Below, one piece after another: positions 18,886 to 27,819 of a DNA stretch of 37,649 bases. Below the pieces are notes generated by a model. It searched no databases, had not been told where the DNA came from, and saw only the letters and a program-made list of their open reading frames with translations. Made by a program: the position numbers and the translations under genes. This stretch comes from a virus (Duplodnaviria > Caudoviricetes). How positions within the stretch are numbered: position 1 is the first letter of the stretch; every line of letters starts with the position of its first letter. The DNA lies in IMG/VR virus record IMGVR_UViG_3300005573_000176, positions 1 through 37,649 of that record; one strand, given 5' to 3'.

Positions 18886-20420
18886 AGATAAATCCCCATT
18901 CCTCCGGCAAAAGCCAATTTCGCAAAGGCGCCGCTCGCCGCATCCACCTGGTCATCATGTCCCTTCGGAAATGCCGCATGTTCTTCGATGAAATCCGCGT
19001 TCCATCCCGCCTTCACCAGCCGCACGTTCCCCGCCGCACACATCGTCGCCCATGGACCGGCTCGCACCTCTTTCGACCCGCTCACCGTCTCATACATTGC
19101 ATATGCCCCTGCCTCTGCTAGTCTCCGGTTTGTCGCCATCGCACTGTCCATCCCCGCCGAACCCGGGTCTTGTTGGTGCCACACTTCCACCATCACTCCC
19201 GGCCTCGCTAGATCAACCTTCGCTGTCTCTACAATTAATTCATCTCTCAATGCCGCTCCAATCTGCTCTCGCACCACATGCTCCACCCAGTAAACCCCAT
19301 CTTTCGTAACGCTCATCAGCACTCCCGCCGTATAATCTCCTCCTCCACTCGTCCCCGCCTTGTCCCAATATCTCACCCGCCTCACAATCTGTTCAATTGC
19401 CGGTGGCTGCTCCACTATCACAAACCATTCCCGTTTGAAGAAATCTCCTGCCCTCGAATATGGCAGCTGTTGATATAATGCCGCCCATTCATACGGACCC
19501 AGATTCGCCTTGATATGCTCCAAATCATCCTCATTATATTTTTCTGGCCAAAGCGCCTCTCCCTCTTTTCGTCCCAGCAAATCTTCCTGTTTAGGTGGCA
19601 GTCCCTCCATCAGCCTTTCTGCATTGCTTTTTGGATCATCATCTCGCTCCCATATCGCTGGCAATGTCAATATCGTCCATTGATCCGCTAATTTATCTAT
19701 CGCCATCGCCTTCAATAACCGTCCCGCCAGATCGTCCGGATGCCAGCGTGTGTGCATCACCACAATCGCCCCGCCATCCTCCAGCCTCGTATAAGCCGAT
19801 GAACGATACCATTCATAAATCGATTCTCGCCTGCTCTTCGATTCCGCTTCCTCCCGATTCTTGATCGGGTCATCGATAATCAGACAATGCGCTCCCGATC
19901 CAGTCAGTCCTCCGCCCACGCCCGCCGCCACAACTCCCCCGCGGTGCGGCGCCGCCAGATCCCATGCCGTCACCGATCGGCTGTCCGAGCTCAGCGCTAC
20001 CGCCGTCTCCACACTCCCCAGCTCTCCAAATACCGTCCGATAACGCTCCGAATTAAGGATATCTCTTGCTCCTTTGCTGTACTCCCCCGCCTTATCCGCA
20101 TTATATGCGGTCAAAATGATCCTCGCATCCGGTAGCTTCCCTAACAGCCACGCCGGAAATAATTTGCTCACCAGCTGCGTCTTTCCATGCCGCGGCGGCC
20201 AGAATATCATCAACCTTCCAATTCCCTCCTTACCCCTTGTCCGGATGAAAAGCTCCACCTGTTCGAGATATTTCGCTGTCACTGCCTGATGTCGTGCCGG
20301 GATGTACCACGGCGCCACATAGCGTGCGAAATCCATTAAATTACGCCGCGCCAGCTCTCGCTGCGCCAATTCCCGTTTCGCCGTCTGTGGGTTAATCCGT
20401 GTCGCCGTCGCCAGCATCAT
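18882..20420 (-). CDS. terL: Terminase large subunit
   Basis: PPRHGKT Walker A, LIIDDP Walker B, TRWHPDDLAG, WD.A..GDY, HDDQVDA nuclease. Confidence 0.95.
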   Translation of the reverse strand: MMLATATRINPQTAKRELAQRELARRNLMDFARYVAPWYIPARHQAVTAKYLEQVELFIRTRGKEGIGRLMIFWPPRHGKTQLVSKLFPAWLLGKLPDARIILTAYNADKAGEYSKGARDILNSERYRTVFGELGSVETAVALSSDSRSVTAWDLAAPHRGGVVAAGVGGGLTGSGAHCLIIDDPIKNREEAESKSRRESIYEWYRSSAYTRLEDGGAIVVMHTRWHPDDLAGRLLKAMAIDKLADQWTILTLPAIWERDDDPKSNAERLMEGLPPKQEDLLGRKEGEALWPEKYNEDDLEHIKANLGPYEWAALYQQLPYSRAGDFFKREWFVIVEQPPAIEQIVRRVRYWDKAGTSGGGDYTAGVLMSVTKDGVYWVEHVVREQIGAALRDELIVETAKVDLARPGVMVEVWHQQDPGSAGMDSAMATNRRLAEAGAYAMYETVSGSKEVRAGPWATMCAAGNVRLVKAGWNADFIEEHAAFPKGHDDQVDAASGAFAKLAFAGGMGIYL

Positions 20421-21024
20421 CCTCTTCCTTATTCTCTATTTCCTGCCCCAGCCAGGCTCTCAATTCTTCATCCGACATATTCTCCAGCGCATCCTTCGCT
20501 GCGCTTCCAATCCGTAGCTCACTCTTCTTCACCAGATCACCTGTCATCGTAAAGAATAACTCTCGATCCTGATGCCCCTTATAATCCGGCATCTTCGCCA
20601 CCTCAGCCAGCGCCTCGAATACCTCCCGCCGGTGTTCCCACAACGGCGCGCTCTGCATCAGCGCAACCACACTGTCAATCGTCGGATATTTCTTCCGCCA
20701 TGTATAAATTACCCGCGTACCTGTCAGCCCCAGCACATCCGTCGCCAGCTTTTGCAGCGTCTCCGGCCATCTCCCCGTCTTCGGCGAGCTTGCCCACGCG
20801 ATATAACACGCCACTCGCCACGGCCAGCTCTTCTCGATTAAATCCAGATAATCCTTGAACCATTCGCAATCCCGTTCCCGCATCAAATCCTTCAGCGCAT
20901 AAAACGCCGCCTCGCTGATTTGACGCGCCTCCGCATAACTGATCGCCCGCTCCTGCGCATCGAACTCCACCTCGTCCAGGTCGAGATCGAACTCTAACTG
21001 CAGATCATTCCATTTCTCAACCAT
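20392..21024 (-). CDS. Putative terminase small subunit
   Basis: Immediately upstream of terL; HTH-like segment; MSDEEL C-terminal motif. Confidence 0.7.
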   Translation of the reverse strand: MVEKWNDLQLEFDLDLDEVEFDAQERAISYAEARQISEAAFYALKDLMRERDCEWFKDYLDLIEKSWPWRVACYIAWASSPKTGRWPETLQKLATDVLGLTGTRVIYTWRKKYPTIDSVVALMQSAPLWEHRREVFEALAEVAKMPDYKGHQDRELFFTMTGDLVKKSELRIGSAAKDALENMSDEELRAWLGQEIENKEEDDAGDGDTD

Positions 21025-21703
21025 GTTTCACCAGATATCCTCTGTGTATCCACAGCTTCACTCCCACCCAGTTTCCCCTCACCTCCACAACTTCCACCGC
21101 AACGCCCGGTATCAAATCCCCTAAATCCGCCACTCCCACACTCGTTGGTTGCGGTCGGATATTCACATAATCATATTTCGGATTCAATTCCACCATATCT
21201 CCCGTCTTGAGTTCTCCCTCACTAGTTACTTCCTCATTTTGATTATTGGCGGTTCTATCGTTCTTTTCCATCGCCACCAAAAATGGACTTGGATCCCGTT
21301 CATCATGCTTATATCCGCTCTCCCCAAATCCCGGCACCCGCAGCTCGAAATGCAGATGCGGCCCCGTCGAAAAACCGCTATTTCCAGATAACCCAATCCC
21401 ATCCCCCTGCACGATCTCCGCCCCGCTCCCTACTAAAACCTTGCTCAAATGCCCATATAAAGTCTGATATCCTCCATGATCCAGGAGGATATAATTTCCA
21501 TATCCTTTTTCATCATATCCGATCCGCACCGCTTTTCCGCTTGCCGCCGCCAGCACCATCGTCCCCTTCGAGATCCCAAAATCAATTCCATTATGCCCTG
21601 GCAGCCCAAACTGGCTGTAAATCTGCGGATTTTCCCCAAATCCCTGTGTGATCACCACCGGATTTACCGGATAAATCAATCGAATGGTATCGAGAATACT
21701 CAT
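21017..21703 (-). CDS. Endolysin, M23 peptidase with SH3b-like C-terminal domain
   Basis: HNGID, YGHL, GNSGFSTGPHLHFE; VNIRPQP. Confidence 0.9.
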   Translation of the reverse strand: MSILDTIRLIYPVNPVVITQGFGENPQIYSQFGLPGHNGIDFGISKGTMVLAAASGKAVRIGYDEKGYGNYILLDHGGYQTLYGHLSKVLVGSGAEIVQGDGIGLSGNSGFSTGPHLHFELRVPGFGESGYKHDERDPSPFLVAMEKNDRTANNQNEEVTSEGELKTGDMVELNPKYDYVNIRPQPTSVGVADLGDLIPGVAVEVVEVRGNWVGVKLWIHRGYLVKHG

Positions 21704-22050
21704 TTCATCACCACAATCAACTGACCTGTCGCTAACCCAATCAGCACCGCTCCCAACACCACCGTGAATAATCCCAATATCCATTTCAAAATTCGGTTTG
21801 TATTGGCAAGCTCATTGACGACTTTCGAAAGGTCTTTGATATTGTTCTCGTGCTCATCTACCTTTCGCCAAACCGCGTCCACTCTCGTATTCAAAAGCGG
21901 AATGCTCGCCGCTTCCTGCTTCTCCAATTCGCGCATCCGCTCATCTAATGCTGTGATCGTCTCATTGATTTGATCCAACTTCTTCTCTATTCGTAATGCC
22001 AGGTCATCCAGCTGCCGCTGGACGACCCTTACCGGTACACTCTCTGTCAT
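21700..22050 (-). CDS. Coiled-coil protein with C-terminal TM (holin accessory / XhlA-like)
   Basis: Heptad coiled coil plus one TM helix; in lysis cassette. Confidence 0.65.
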   Translation of the reverse strand: MTESVPVRVVQRQLDDLALRIEKKLDQINETITALDERMRELEKQEAASIPLLNTRVDAVWRKVDEHENNIKDLSKVVNELANTNRILKWILGLFTVVLGAVLIGLATGQLIVVMK

Positions 22051-22346
22051 TATGATTTTGGACTGATGGTATAAATCGTCTGATTAGCCATCACAGCCAG
22101 AATAAAAACTTTCAAAAGTTCCACTGCGCCGCTCTTGTCGCAGGTTACCGCCACGCCCAAATCCTGCCCCACTCCCGCACATGCCAGCGCATAAGACCCT
22201 CCCGCTACAATCACCAGCAATGCCAGCATGATCAACCGCTTATGCACACCATCCAGCTTCCCAAACCATTCGTTCAATCCAGGCACGTACGAAAACAACA
22301 ATGAAAGCACCGCCGAAGCTACAAGAGACAAAGTCTCAGCCGACAT
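22050..22346 (-). CDS. Putative holin
   Basis: 98 aa, 2-3 TM segments, AAGGAGG RBS, first gene of late operon. Confidence 0.7.
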   Translation of the reverse strand: MSAETLSLVASAVLSLLFSYVPGLNEWFGKLDGVHKRLIMLALLVIVAGGSYALACAGVGQDLGVAVTCDKSGAVELLKVFILAVMANQTIYTISPKS

Positions 22347-22372
22347 ATCACACCTCCTTTGTTAAAATATTT

Positions 22373-22403
22373 CGCCCGAAGCTGTTCCAAACAACTTCGG
22401 GCG
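22373..22403 (-). terminator. Strong hairpin in late-operon leader (attenuator-like)
   Basis: CGCCCGAAG(TTGTT)-TGG-(AACAG)CTTCGGGCG, ~14-bp stem followed by AAATATTTT. Confidence 0.55.
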
Positions 22404-22518
22404 CTCAACTCCGATCTTACCCGTCCAATCGCCGGGCTTGCTAAATTTTCATCAGTTCAGCGGGGGGTGGGGAAACCTGGTGGGGGTCAGGCGGGAGCCC
22501 CCCGCCTCGCTTATCTGC

Positions 22519-22547
22519 ATTATAGCGAATCCTCTATTCATTGTCAA
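22519..22547 (-). promoter_or_regulatory. Consensus sigma70 promoter for late operon leader
   Basis: TTGACA (22547-22542), 17 bp, TATAAT (22524-22519). Confidence 0.8.
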
Positions 22548-22658
22548 CATCCAGTATAACAATGAATAAACATTAAATCGGATAATTAATACATCTCCCA
22601 CTTGATTATCAAGATCAAAGATGAAACATTAATGTTTTATGAGAATCTCAAAATCCCC

Positions 22659-22687
22659 TTGACATTATATATAACGTTATATATAAT
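22659..22687 (+). promoter_or_regulatory. Consensus sigma70 promoter overlapped by 24-bp perfect palindrome (operator)
   Basis: TTGACA 22659-22664, 17 bp, TATAAT 22682-22687; ATTATATATAACGTTATATATAAT at 22664-22687. Confidence 0.85.
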
Positions 22688-22714
22688 ATAAGCAAGATTA
22701 GAAAGGAGAACGAA

Positions 22715-23164
22715 ATGGCTAAATATACTGTAAATTATTCTTGCGGACATGGCTCACACACGGTGGAATTATTTGGACCCGGCAAAGAAAGAGAACGGAA
22801 AATTGCTTGGTATGAAAAGAACATAGTTTGCCCAGAATGCTATAAAGCATCTAAAAAATCTGAACAATATCAAGCCGAAGTAATCAATAATATGTTCTCT
22901 GGCGGTGCATATATCGTTATAACAAATGGCGATACTTATTCAATCAAAGAGCAACTAAAAGAGCATGGTTTTTCTTGGCGTGAATATTATAGCAATAACG
23001 ATATATTTGGCACACATCCTCACAAAGCCTGGATGATTAACATCCCTGATAACGATAATGCTCTAAATGAGTTATTATCATATTTATCTACTCTGGGCAT
23101 CTCCGATATTGATTTCAAGACAAATCCAATTACACAATCTTTACTGGCTAAAACAAATCAATAA
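22715..23164 (+). CDS. Hypothetical early protein (CGH...CPEC Zn-binding N-terminus)
   Basis: AAGGAG RBS; C-terminal GDTYSIKEQLKEHGFSW motif. Confidence 0.8.
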   Translation: MAKYTVNYSCGHGSHTVELFGPGKERERKIAWYEKNIVCPECYKASKKSEQYQAEVINNMFSGGAYIVITNGDTYSIKEQLKEHGFSWREYYSNNDIFGTHPHKAWMINIPDNDNALNELLSYLSTLGISDIDFKTNPITQSLLAKTNQ

Positions 23165-23170
23165 TTTATC

Positions 23171-23214
23171 GCCCCGCCCGTCGGGCAATAGGCGGGCAAG
23201 TAGAAAATAAAATG
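23171..23214 (+). repeat. Intergenic hairpin repeat, copy 1 (CGGGCAATAGGCGGGCAA...AAAATAAAATG)
   Basis: 18 bp (23182-23199) identical to 23970-23987. Confidence 0.85.
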
Positions 23215-23928
23215 GAGAAAACTGTAACAATCAATCTTGATGAACGTAGTCAATCGCCTTATGGGGGACGATATGGGGCATATCGAAAGGTATACGCCAG
23301 TCGACCGGGACTAGCAACGTACAGCGTGAAATTAGTTGGCGAAATATTAGAAGCTACTTTGGTATGGGATACTGATAATTTCCGCGAGGATGATTATCTT
23401 ATCGTCCATACCCAGCGTAATCCCGGTTTAGTAGCTGGGTCAAGCCATAAAGAAGGGTATGATCTTCTGGAAGGAAATATGCCAGTATGGGCAGATTTCC
23501 CAGGTTTATACCACGATTTCGTATTTAGGTATTATGATGATGCTCGTGAAATATTTTGGGATTTAGCTGATAAGCTAGCTGCTAAAAATCCTCAAATGCA
23601 ATCACTCGCTGAAACGATACAGTGGGCATGCAGAAAGCATTCCAAAAATAGAATTGCTTCTGCATGGGAAGTGGTGGCAAAGGAATTACATGAGCAAGGT
23701 CTACTAAACTATGTGCCAGAACGGCATAACTATACATGGACTGCTATAAGAGCCCAACCATTAAGATTGCTCCGTGCCATAAAACGGGAAACATGGAGCA
23801 TGGCAGGGATTAAGAGGCCTGGATTTTTATCAGATTGGCCTAGGTATCAGGCGATTCCACAAAATATTTATGTTGTGGTATCACCCTCCAAATCAGAACA
23901 ATATATCACGTTGGGAGGTGGTAAATAG
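23212..23928 (+). CDS. Hypothetical protein
   Basis: 238-aa ORF in the rightward operon. Confidence 0.8.
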   Translation: MEKTVTINLDERSQSPYGGRYGAYRKVYASRPGLATYSVKLVGEILEATLVWDTDNFREDDYLIVHTQRNPGLVAGSSHKEGYDLLEGNMPVWADFPGLYHDFVFRYYDDAREIFWDLADKLAAKNPQMQSLAETIQWACRKHSKNRIASAWEVVAKELHEQGLLNYVPERHNYTWTAIRAQPLRLLRAIKRETWSMAGIKRPGFLSDWPRYQAIPQNIYVVVSPSKSEQYITLGGGK

Positions 23929-23961
23929 CAATACATAATATCAGCTATGATAACAGTTATC

Positions 23962-24015
23962 TTGCCAGCCGGGCAATAGGCGGGCAAATATACTAAAGAA
24001 AGGAAAAATAAAATG
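23962..24015 (+). repeat. Intergenic hairpin repeat, copy 2
   Basis: TTGCCAGCC-GGGCAATA-GGCGGGCAA then AAAATAAAATG. Confidence 0.85.
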
Positions 24016-24471
24016 AACAAGTTTGAAGTAAGGAGCTATGAACCAAAGTATATATACGGCGAAGACCTCACAGATGCCATAATGCGCCAGCGAGTCTTCA
24101 GGACAGAAAAAGGAACTAGACGAGTTGATACAGCGCCCGGATTTCCGGAATACTTCGAAGGACGTTATATATTTGAAAGTTATGGGGGCGAAGAGCGTAA
24201 AGTAAAAAATGTTATCGAAACTTTTATTCCTGAAAACATCACCACTCTCGATGGGAAACAATTTTGGCGCGCTATCTGCGAATTGGAAAATGGTAAAATT
24301 ATACAAATAGACGCCATATTAGTGGAGGAACGCGGACGTCCTACTATTTACGACAAAAAAATGCGCCAGACTGCCATCTGGCTACCAGAAGAACAGCTAG
24401 AATGGCTACGACAACAGGGCAACATCTCGGAGACTATCCGCGCGCTCATTGCCAAAGCGATGTCCGAATAA
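24013..24471 (+). CDS. Unknown N-terminal domain fused to C-terminal ribbon-helix-helix regulator
   Basis: RGRP...MRQTAIWLPEEQLEWLRQQGNISETIRALI RHH pattern. Confidence 0.8.
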   Translation: MNKFEVRSYEPKYIYGEDLTDAIMRQRVFRTEKGTRRVDTAPGFPEYFEGRYIFESYGGEERKVKNVIETFIPENITTLDGKQFWRAICELENGKIIQIDAILVEERGRPTIYDKKMRQTAIWLPEEQLEWLRQQGNISETIRALIAKAMSE

Positions 24472-24502
24472 TCATCAAATTAATCATCATATGTACTTTG
24501 AT

Positions 24503-24530
24503 AAGCCGCCAAATATCGGCGGCTTTTTTT
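24503..24530 (+). terminator. Intrinsic terminator between convergent operons
   Basis: AAGCCGCC-AAATATC-GGCGGCTT followed by T-run. Confidence 0.85.
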
Positions 24531-25311
24531 ATATATATGCCCTTACTTCCGGAAATTCCGCCGCAAATTCATTGAATAAATCCGGATACATTCGCTTCAA
24601 AAACACCAGTCTTCCATACCTCATGGATCTCGTTCCAAACATCGCCCCATTACGCGCCAGTTCCCTTCCCTCCGGCGCCATATCATATAATTCGTTATAG
24701 GGGAGATTTGCGCTGACAATATATGCCCAAATATCCTTGCCATTCCATCTTGCCAGTGGACAGCACACCCATTGCTCCCTTACGCTGGCAAAATAAATCT
24801 CTCCTCTCATCGCAAATAACCTGCTTCGGATGTAACTCTCCTCCGATCTCATTCCAATAAACGTCCCATCAAATCCTCTTTTCTTTGCCTCCCTATCTAA
24901 TACTTTCCCAAGTGATTCGGCATATTCCCGCTGAGCAATCCTCGCTTCTCTAGTCATTTCCTCATCCTGTATATATAATCCAACTTTTTGATAATATTCC
25001 CAGATTGACGGCCCCTCTAATTCAATGAACTCCATTCCAGCATGTCTCTCCAAAAATATCTCTTTTACCCGCACCGTATCCGGCCATTCATCATATTTTC
25101 CGCAATTTACATACATCACCGGCGTACTTGGATACCTATTGAGAATAATATCTGCCATTACCAAACTATCTTTACCAAAAGACATGCTGATATATGGCTT
25201 TTCCATATAATCAAATCCTTTTGCTATATTCCGTTCCGCCTGCTCTATCTTTCGACTAAATCGATCTAATTTTGCCCATAACAAATATTGATTTCGTTCC
25301 GTTTCATCCAT
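24529..25311 (-). CDS. cysH: CysH / PAPS-reductase-like protein (type IV-B accessory)
   Basis: PP-loop SMSFGKDS, GMRSEES..R, PLARW...DIWAYI....LPYNELYD. Confidence 0.9.
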   Translation of the reverse strand: MDETERNQYLLWAKLDRFSRKIEQAERNIAKGFDYMEKPYISMSFGKDSLVMADIILNRYPSTPVMYVNCGKYDEWPDTVRVKEIFLERHAGMEFIELEGPSIWEYYQKVGLYIQDEEMTREARIAQREYAESLGKVLDREAKKRGFDGTFIGMRSEESYIRSRLFAMRGEIYFASVREQWVCCPLARWNGKDIWAYIVSANLPYNELYDMAPEGRELARNGAMFGTRSMRYGRLVFLKRMYPDLFNEFAAEFPEVRAYI

Positions 25312-25811
25312 TTTTCCAATCTCTTCCTCACCAGCTGACGATGACAATTAATCCGATGTAATGATAATCCAAGCTCCATCGCAATCCCTGCTGTCGTATC
25401 TCCATTACAAATCCTCGTCAATATTTCCACATCCCTTTCAATATATGCTTTCAATCTTCCATTTTTACTCACTGCAGATATTATTTTTCTGATTTCATCC
25501 TCCAAATCCACTATGTTTTGCTCTTCCTGCAGTATATCCGCTGTCTTTTCATAATTATCAATACTTACCGGCGCTGATATTCTCATACCCCTTATCTTAT
25601 CCCACTTAGCCCCATATATCCACCAGATCAGCCAGTTTTTTGCCCTGATTTTCCCGCTTCCTAACCTGTATTTCTCACTTTTTCTTCTCGTCTCCCAAAT
25701 AGCTAGATAAGCCTCTTGGATCATATCCGCGAGATCATCATCGCAAACGGGATAACCAATCCTGCCAGCCACTGTCTTAGCAGCACAAATCGCCAGTTGA
25801 TAATCATCCAT
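25266..25811 (-). CDS. Sigma70/ECF-like factor (region 2-like plus C-terminal HTH)
   Basis: DDLADMIQEAYLAIWE resembles sigma region 2; GDTTAGIAMELGLSLHRINCHRQLVRKRL resembles region 4 / LuxR HTH. Confidence 0.65.
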   Translation of the reverse strand: MDDYQLAICAAKTVAGRIGYPVCDDDLADMIQEAYLAIWETRRKSEKYRLGSGKIRAKNWLIWWIYGAKWDKIRGMRISAPVSIDNYEKTADILQEEQNIVDLEDEIRKIISAVSKNGRLKAYIERDVEILTRICNGDTTAGIAMELGLSLHRINCHRQLVRKRLEKWMKRNEINICYGQN

Positions 25812-26490
25812 ATGGCATAACCAGCTCCATCTGATTTCGTTTATCCCAATAAGGCGGCCGGATCCCATAATTCATCATCTTTGGCAATCCTTTCTCCCTT
25901 GGCCAATGATAGATTGGTATCCCCCGCATTAATCTGTCGCCATTCCAGATCGATTTATCCTCCGCCATCTCCTCTATCTCCCATTTCCTCACCTTTCCCC
26001 ATCCCTGCACAACCTTCTTACCGAGATGGGTAATCATTTGCAATATACTCTCCAACCACTCTCTTTCTGCGACAAGATACCACTCGACCCATAATGTTGA
26101 CCGATAATAGACAGGCATCCGATATCCCTTATATTGCCCGGCGCTCGTGTCAATCTTTCCGCGCCGGGCTCGGAAATCAATCAAATAAGCCAGTGACTGA
26201 TCCAACCGCTTGCTCCAGGCATCCTGACCATCCACATACGGTCCCCATTGCGCCCAAGAGGCTCGATAATACCAGTCTTTCGCATGCACAATCTCAATCG
26301 GCATCCTTCCGCCCCTCATCTCCTCCCCATGCGGAGCGGCAAGCCAAGACACTCCAGGCAGCGTACTGGCTCGCACTCCCATATCCATCCTGCACCACTG
26401 ATACAACAAAACGCCATCCAGTGGTAGATATTGATCTGCCACTATCGGCGTGCTCATCCATGCTCTCACCCGCAAATTACTGTAACCCAT
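25804..26490 (-). CDS. csf3: Type IV CRISPR-associated Csf3 (Cas5-group RAMP)
   Basis: LPLDGVL, Y.AS, G.YK.YR.P, G-rich loop HLGKKVVQGWGKV, GIRPPYW; follows csf2. Confidence 0.85.
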   Translation of the reverse strand: MGYSNLRVRAWMSTPIVADQYLPLDGVLLYQWCRMDMGVRASTLPGVSWLAAPHGEEMRGGRMPIEIVHAKDWYYRASWAQWGPYVDGQDAWSKRLDQSLAYLIDFRARRGKIDTSAGQYKGYRMPVYYRSTLWVEWYLVAEREWLESILQMITHLGKKVVQGWGKVRKWEIEEMAEDKSIWNGDRLMRGIPIYHWPREKGLPKMMNYGIRPPYWDKRNQMELVMPYG

Positions 26491-27454
26491 CCAACATCTC
26501 CTTGATTTTGTCTCCATGCTCCTGCAAATGTTGAAGATAATGCGTCCCCAAAGCAAAATCAATCTCTTTTCCGCTTGGCGCAGTACGTGGGTTGATCTCC
26601 ATCCATTTGTCAAATCGGATTGCAACCTTCCCATGTCCAACCCCACTTTTTCCCCCAATATAAGGCCACTTTGAAAACTCCGCTAGCGTCACACAAAACG
26701 CATCGAATTCCACATCCGTCACATCATCCAGCGCCACATCCCAATATAACCTCGTTCCCGCTGCAATTGTCTCGACATAATATCGCATCTGTTGAGATTG
26801 CCCGGTCTCTCCAGCCACATCTTCATCCGTTCCTCGCCTCGACCGCTTCGCCGCTGCGCTTTCCTCCAGCAAATTTCGGATATCCGGTGCTATTAATTGC
26901 CTTAATTGCTCATTCTTTTCATCATCCCGTCTGGTATAGGCTTCTTCCTGGATCATATCCCAGATTGATTTTTCATCTCCGCTCACAAACCGCTCCGGCA
27001 CAATATGTGCCGTCTCTTTGCATATCGGTATTACTTTCCCAATCTTGGCATTTCCAGGCATAATTTGATTTCCCATCGCCCCGCCGAATAATGCCACCAG
27101 TGGTATTGTCTTTCGCCATCGCCTTGCCTCATCCACATCGAGATTAGAATTTCCACTCACTTTCGTCAATGATCCCCCCGAAAAGAGAAAATAAAATGCC
27201 GCCAGGCTCAAACCCTGAATTTCTCCAGTCTCCTCATTGATGCCATATCCCAGCACTTTTAGCATATGCAGCATTCCCCTGTCGCGTAATATTCCCCGTA
27301 TCGAATTTCCACTGATAACCGGTACTTCTTCAAATGTCCCATCAGGCTGGATAATTTTCTCTCTTCGCAGCTTTGCATTAATCCCAAAAGTATCCCCAAT
27401 GTGGCTGATTGATGTTAGCGCAGTCATCTCTCCCTCAAATACATAGGTTTTCAT
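26477..27454 (-). CDS. csf2: Type IV CRISPR-associated Csf2 (Cas7-group backbone RAMP)
   Basis: ALTSISH, VPVISGNSIRGILRD, LFSGGSL, PLVALFGG, G-rich loop IGGKSGVGHGKV. Confidence 0.9.
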   Translation of the reverse strand: MKTYVFEGEMTALTSISHIGDTFGINAKLRREKIIQPDGTFEEVPVISGNSIRGILRDRGMLHMLKVLGYGINEETGEIQGLSLAAFYFLFSGGSLTKVSGNSNLDVDEARRWRKTIPLVALFGGAMGNQIMPGNAKIGKVIPICKETAHIVPERFVSGDEKSIWDMIQEEAYTRRDDEKNEQLRQLIAPDIRNLLEESAAAKRSRRGTDEDVAGETGQSQQMRYYVETIAAGTRLYWDVALDDVTDVEFDAFCVTLAEFSKWPYIGGKSGVGHGKVAIRFDKWMEINPRTAPSGKEIDFALGTHYLQHLQEHGDKIKEMLDGLQ

Positions 27455-27819
27455 TCCTCAATCTCCTTTTCTAATTTTTGTTTTTCATTCCATGCCGATT
27501 TTCTCTCTTCGTTATCCACTCGTACCATCAAAACAAGTAATGTTGTCTCTTCCCGCAGCATTTTCAACATCTCCTTATCATTCGCTTCCCGGATAATTTG
27601 ATTGAATAATGACCTCTCCGCTTCCGTCCTTCCCGGCTGGCTGCGCAATTTTGAACAGAGAGTATTGATAAACTTCGGCAGGCTGCTGGTGTAAGCCGCC
27701 GATTTTATCTCGTTCTCGAATTGCTCCCAGATCGTCATTCGATATCGGCTTTTGTAATCCGCCGATATCCCCTGCCATATCATCCGCAGCATGGTTGCTG
27801 TCATTTCCTTCGTTTCCAT
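27451..27819 (-). CDS. cas11: Type IV-B small subunit (Cas11-like)
   Basis: ~122-aa all-helical protein between csf1 and csf2; AAGGAG RBS; IW..F...IKSAA, F...LC.KL. Confidence 0.75.
   Translation of the reverse strand: METKEMTATMLRMIWQGISADYKSRYRMTIWEQFENEIKSAAYTSSLPKFINTLCSKLRSQPGRTEAERSLFNQIIREANDKEMLKMLREETTLLVLMVRVDNEERKSAWNEKQKLEKEIEE

Noticed and set aside
7346-21724. Many long + strand ORFs (Pro/Ser/His-rich) opposite structural genes
   Set aside because: Shadow frames caused by the C-rich skew; no motifs or RBS, and fully antisense to well-supported genes
24529-25311. Sulfur-assimilation auxiliary metabolic gene or DndC phosphorothioation gene
   Set aside because: No other cys or dnd genes; no C-terminal ECG(L/I)H motif of true PAPS reductases; context is the csf operon
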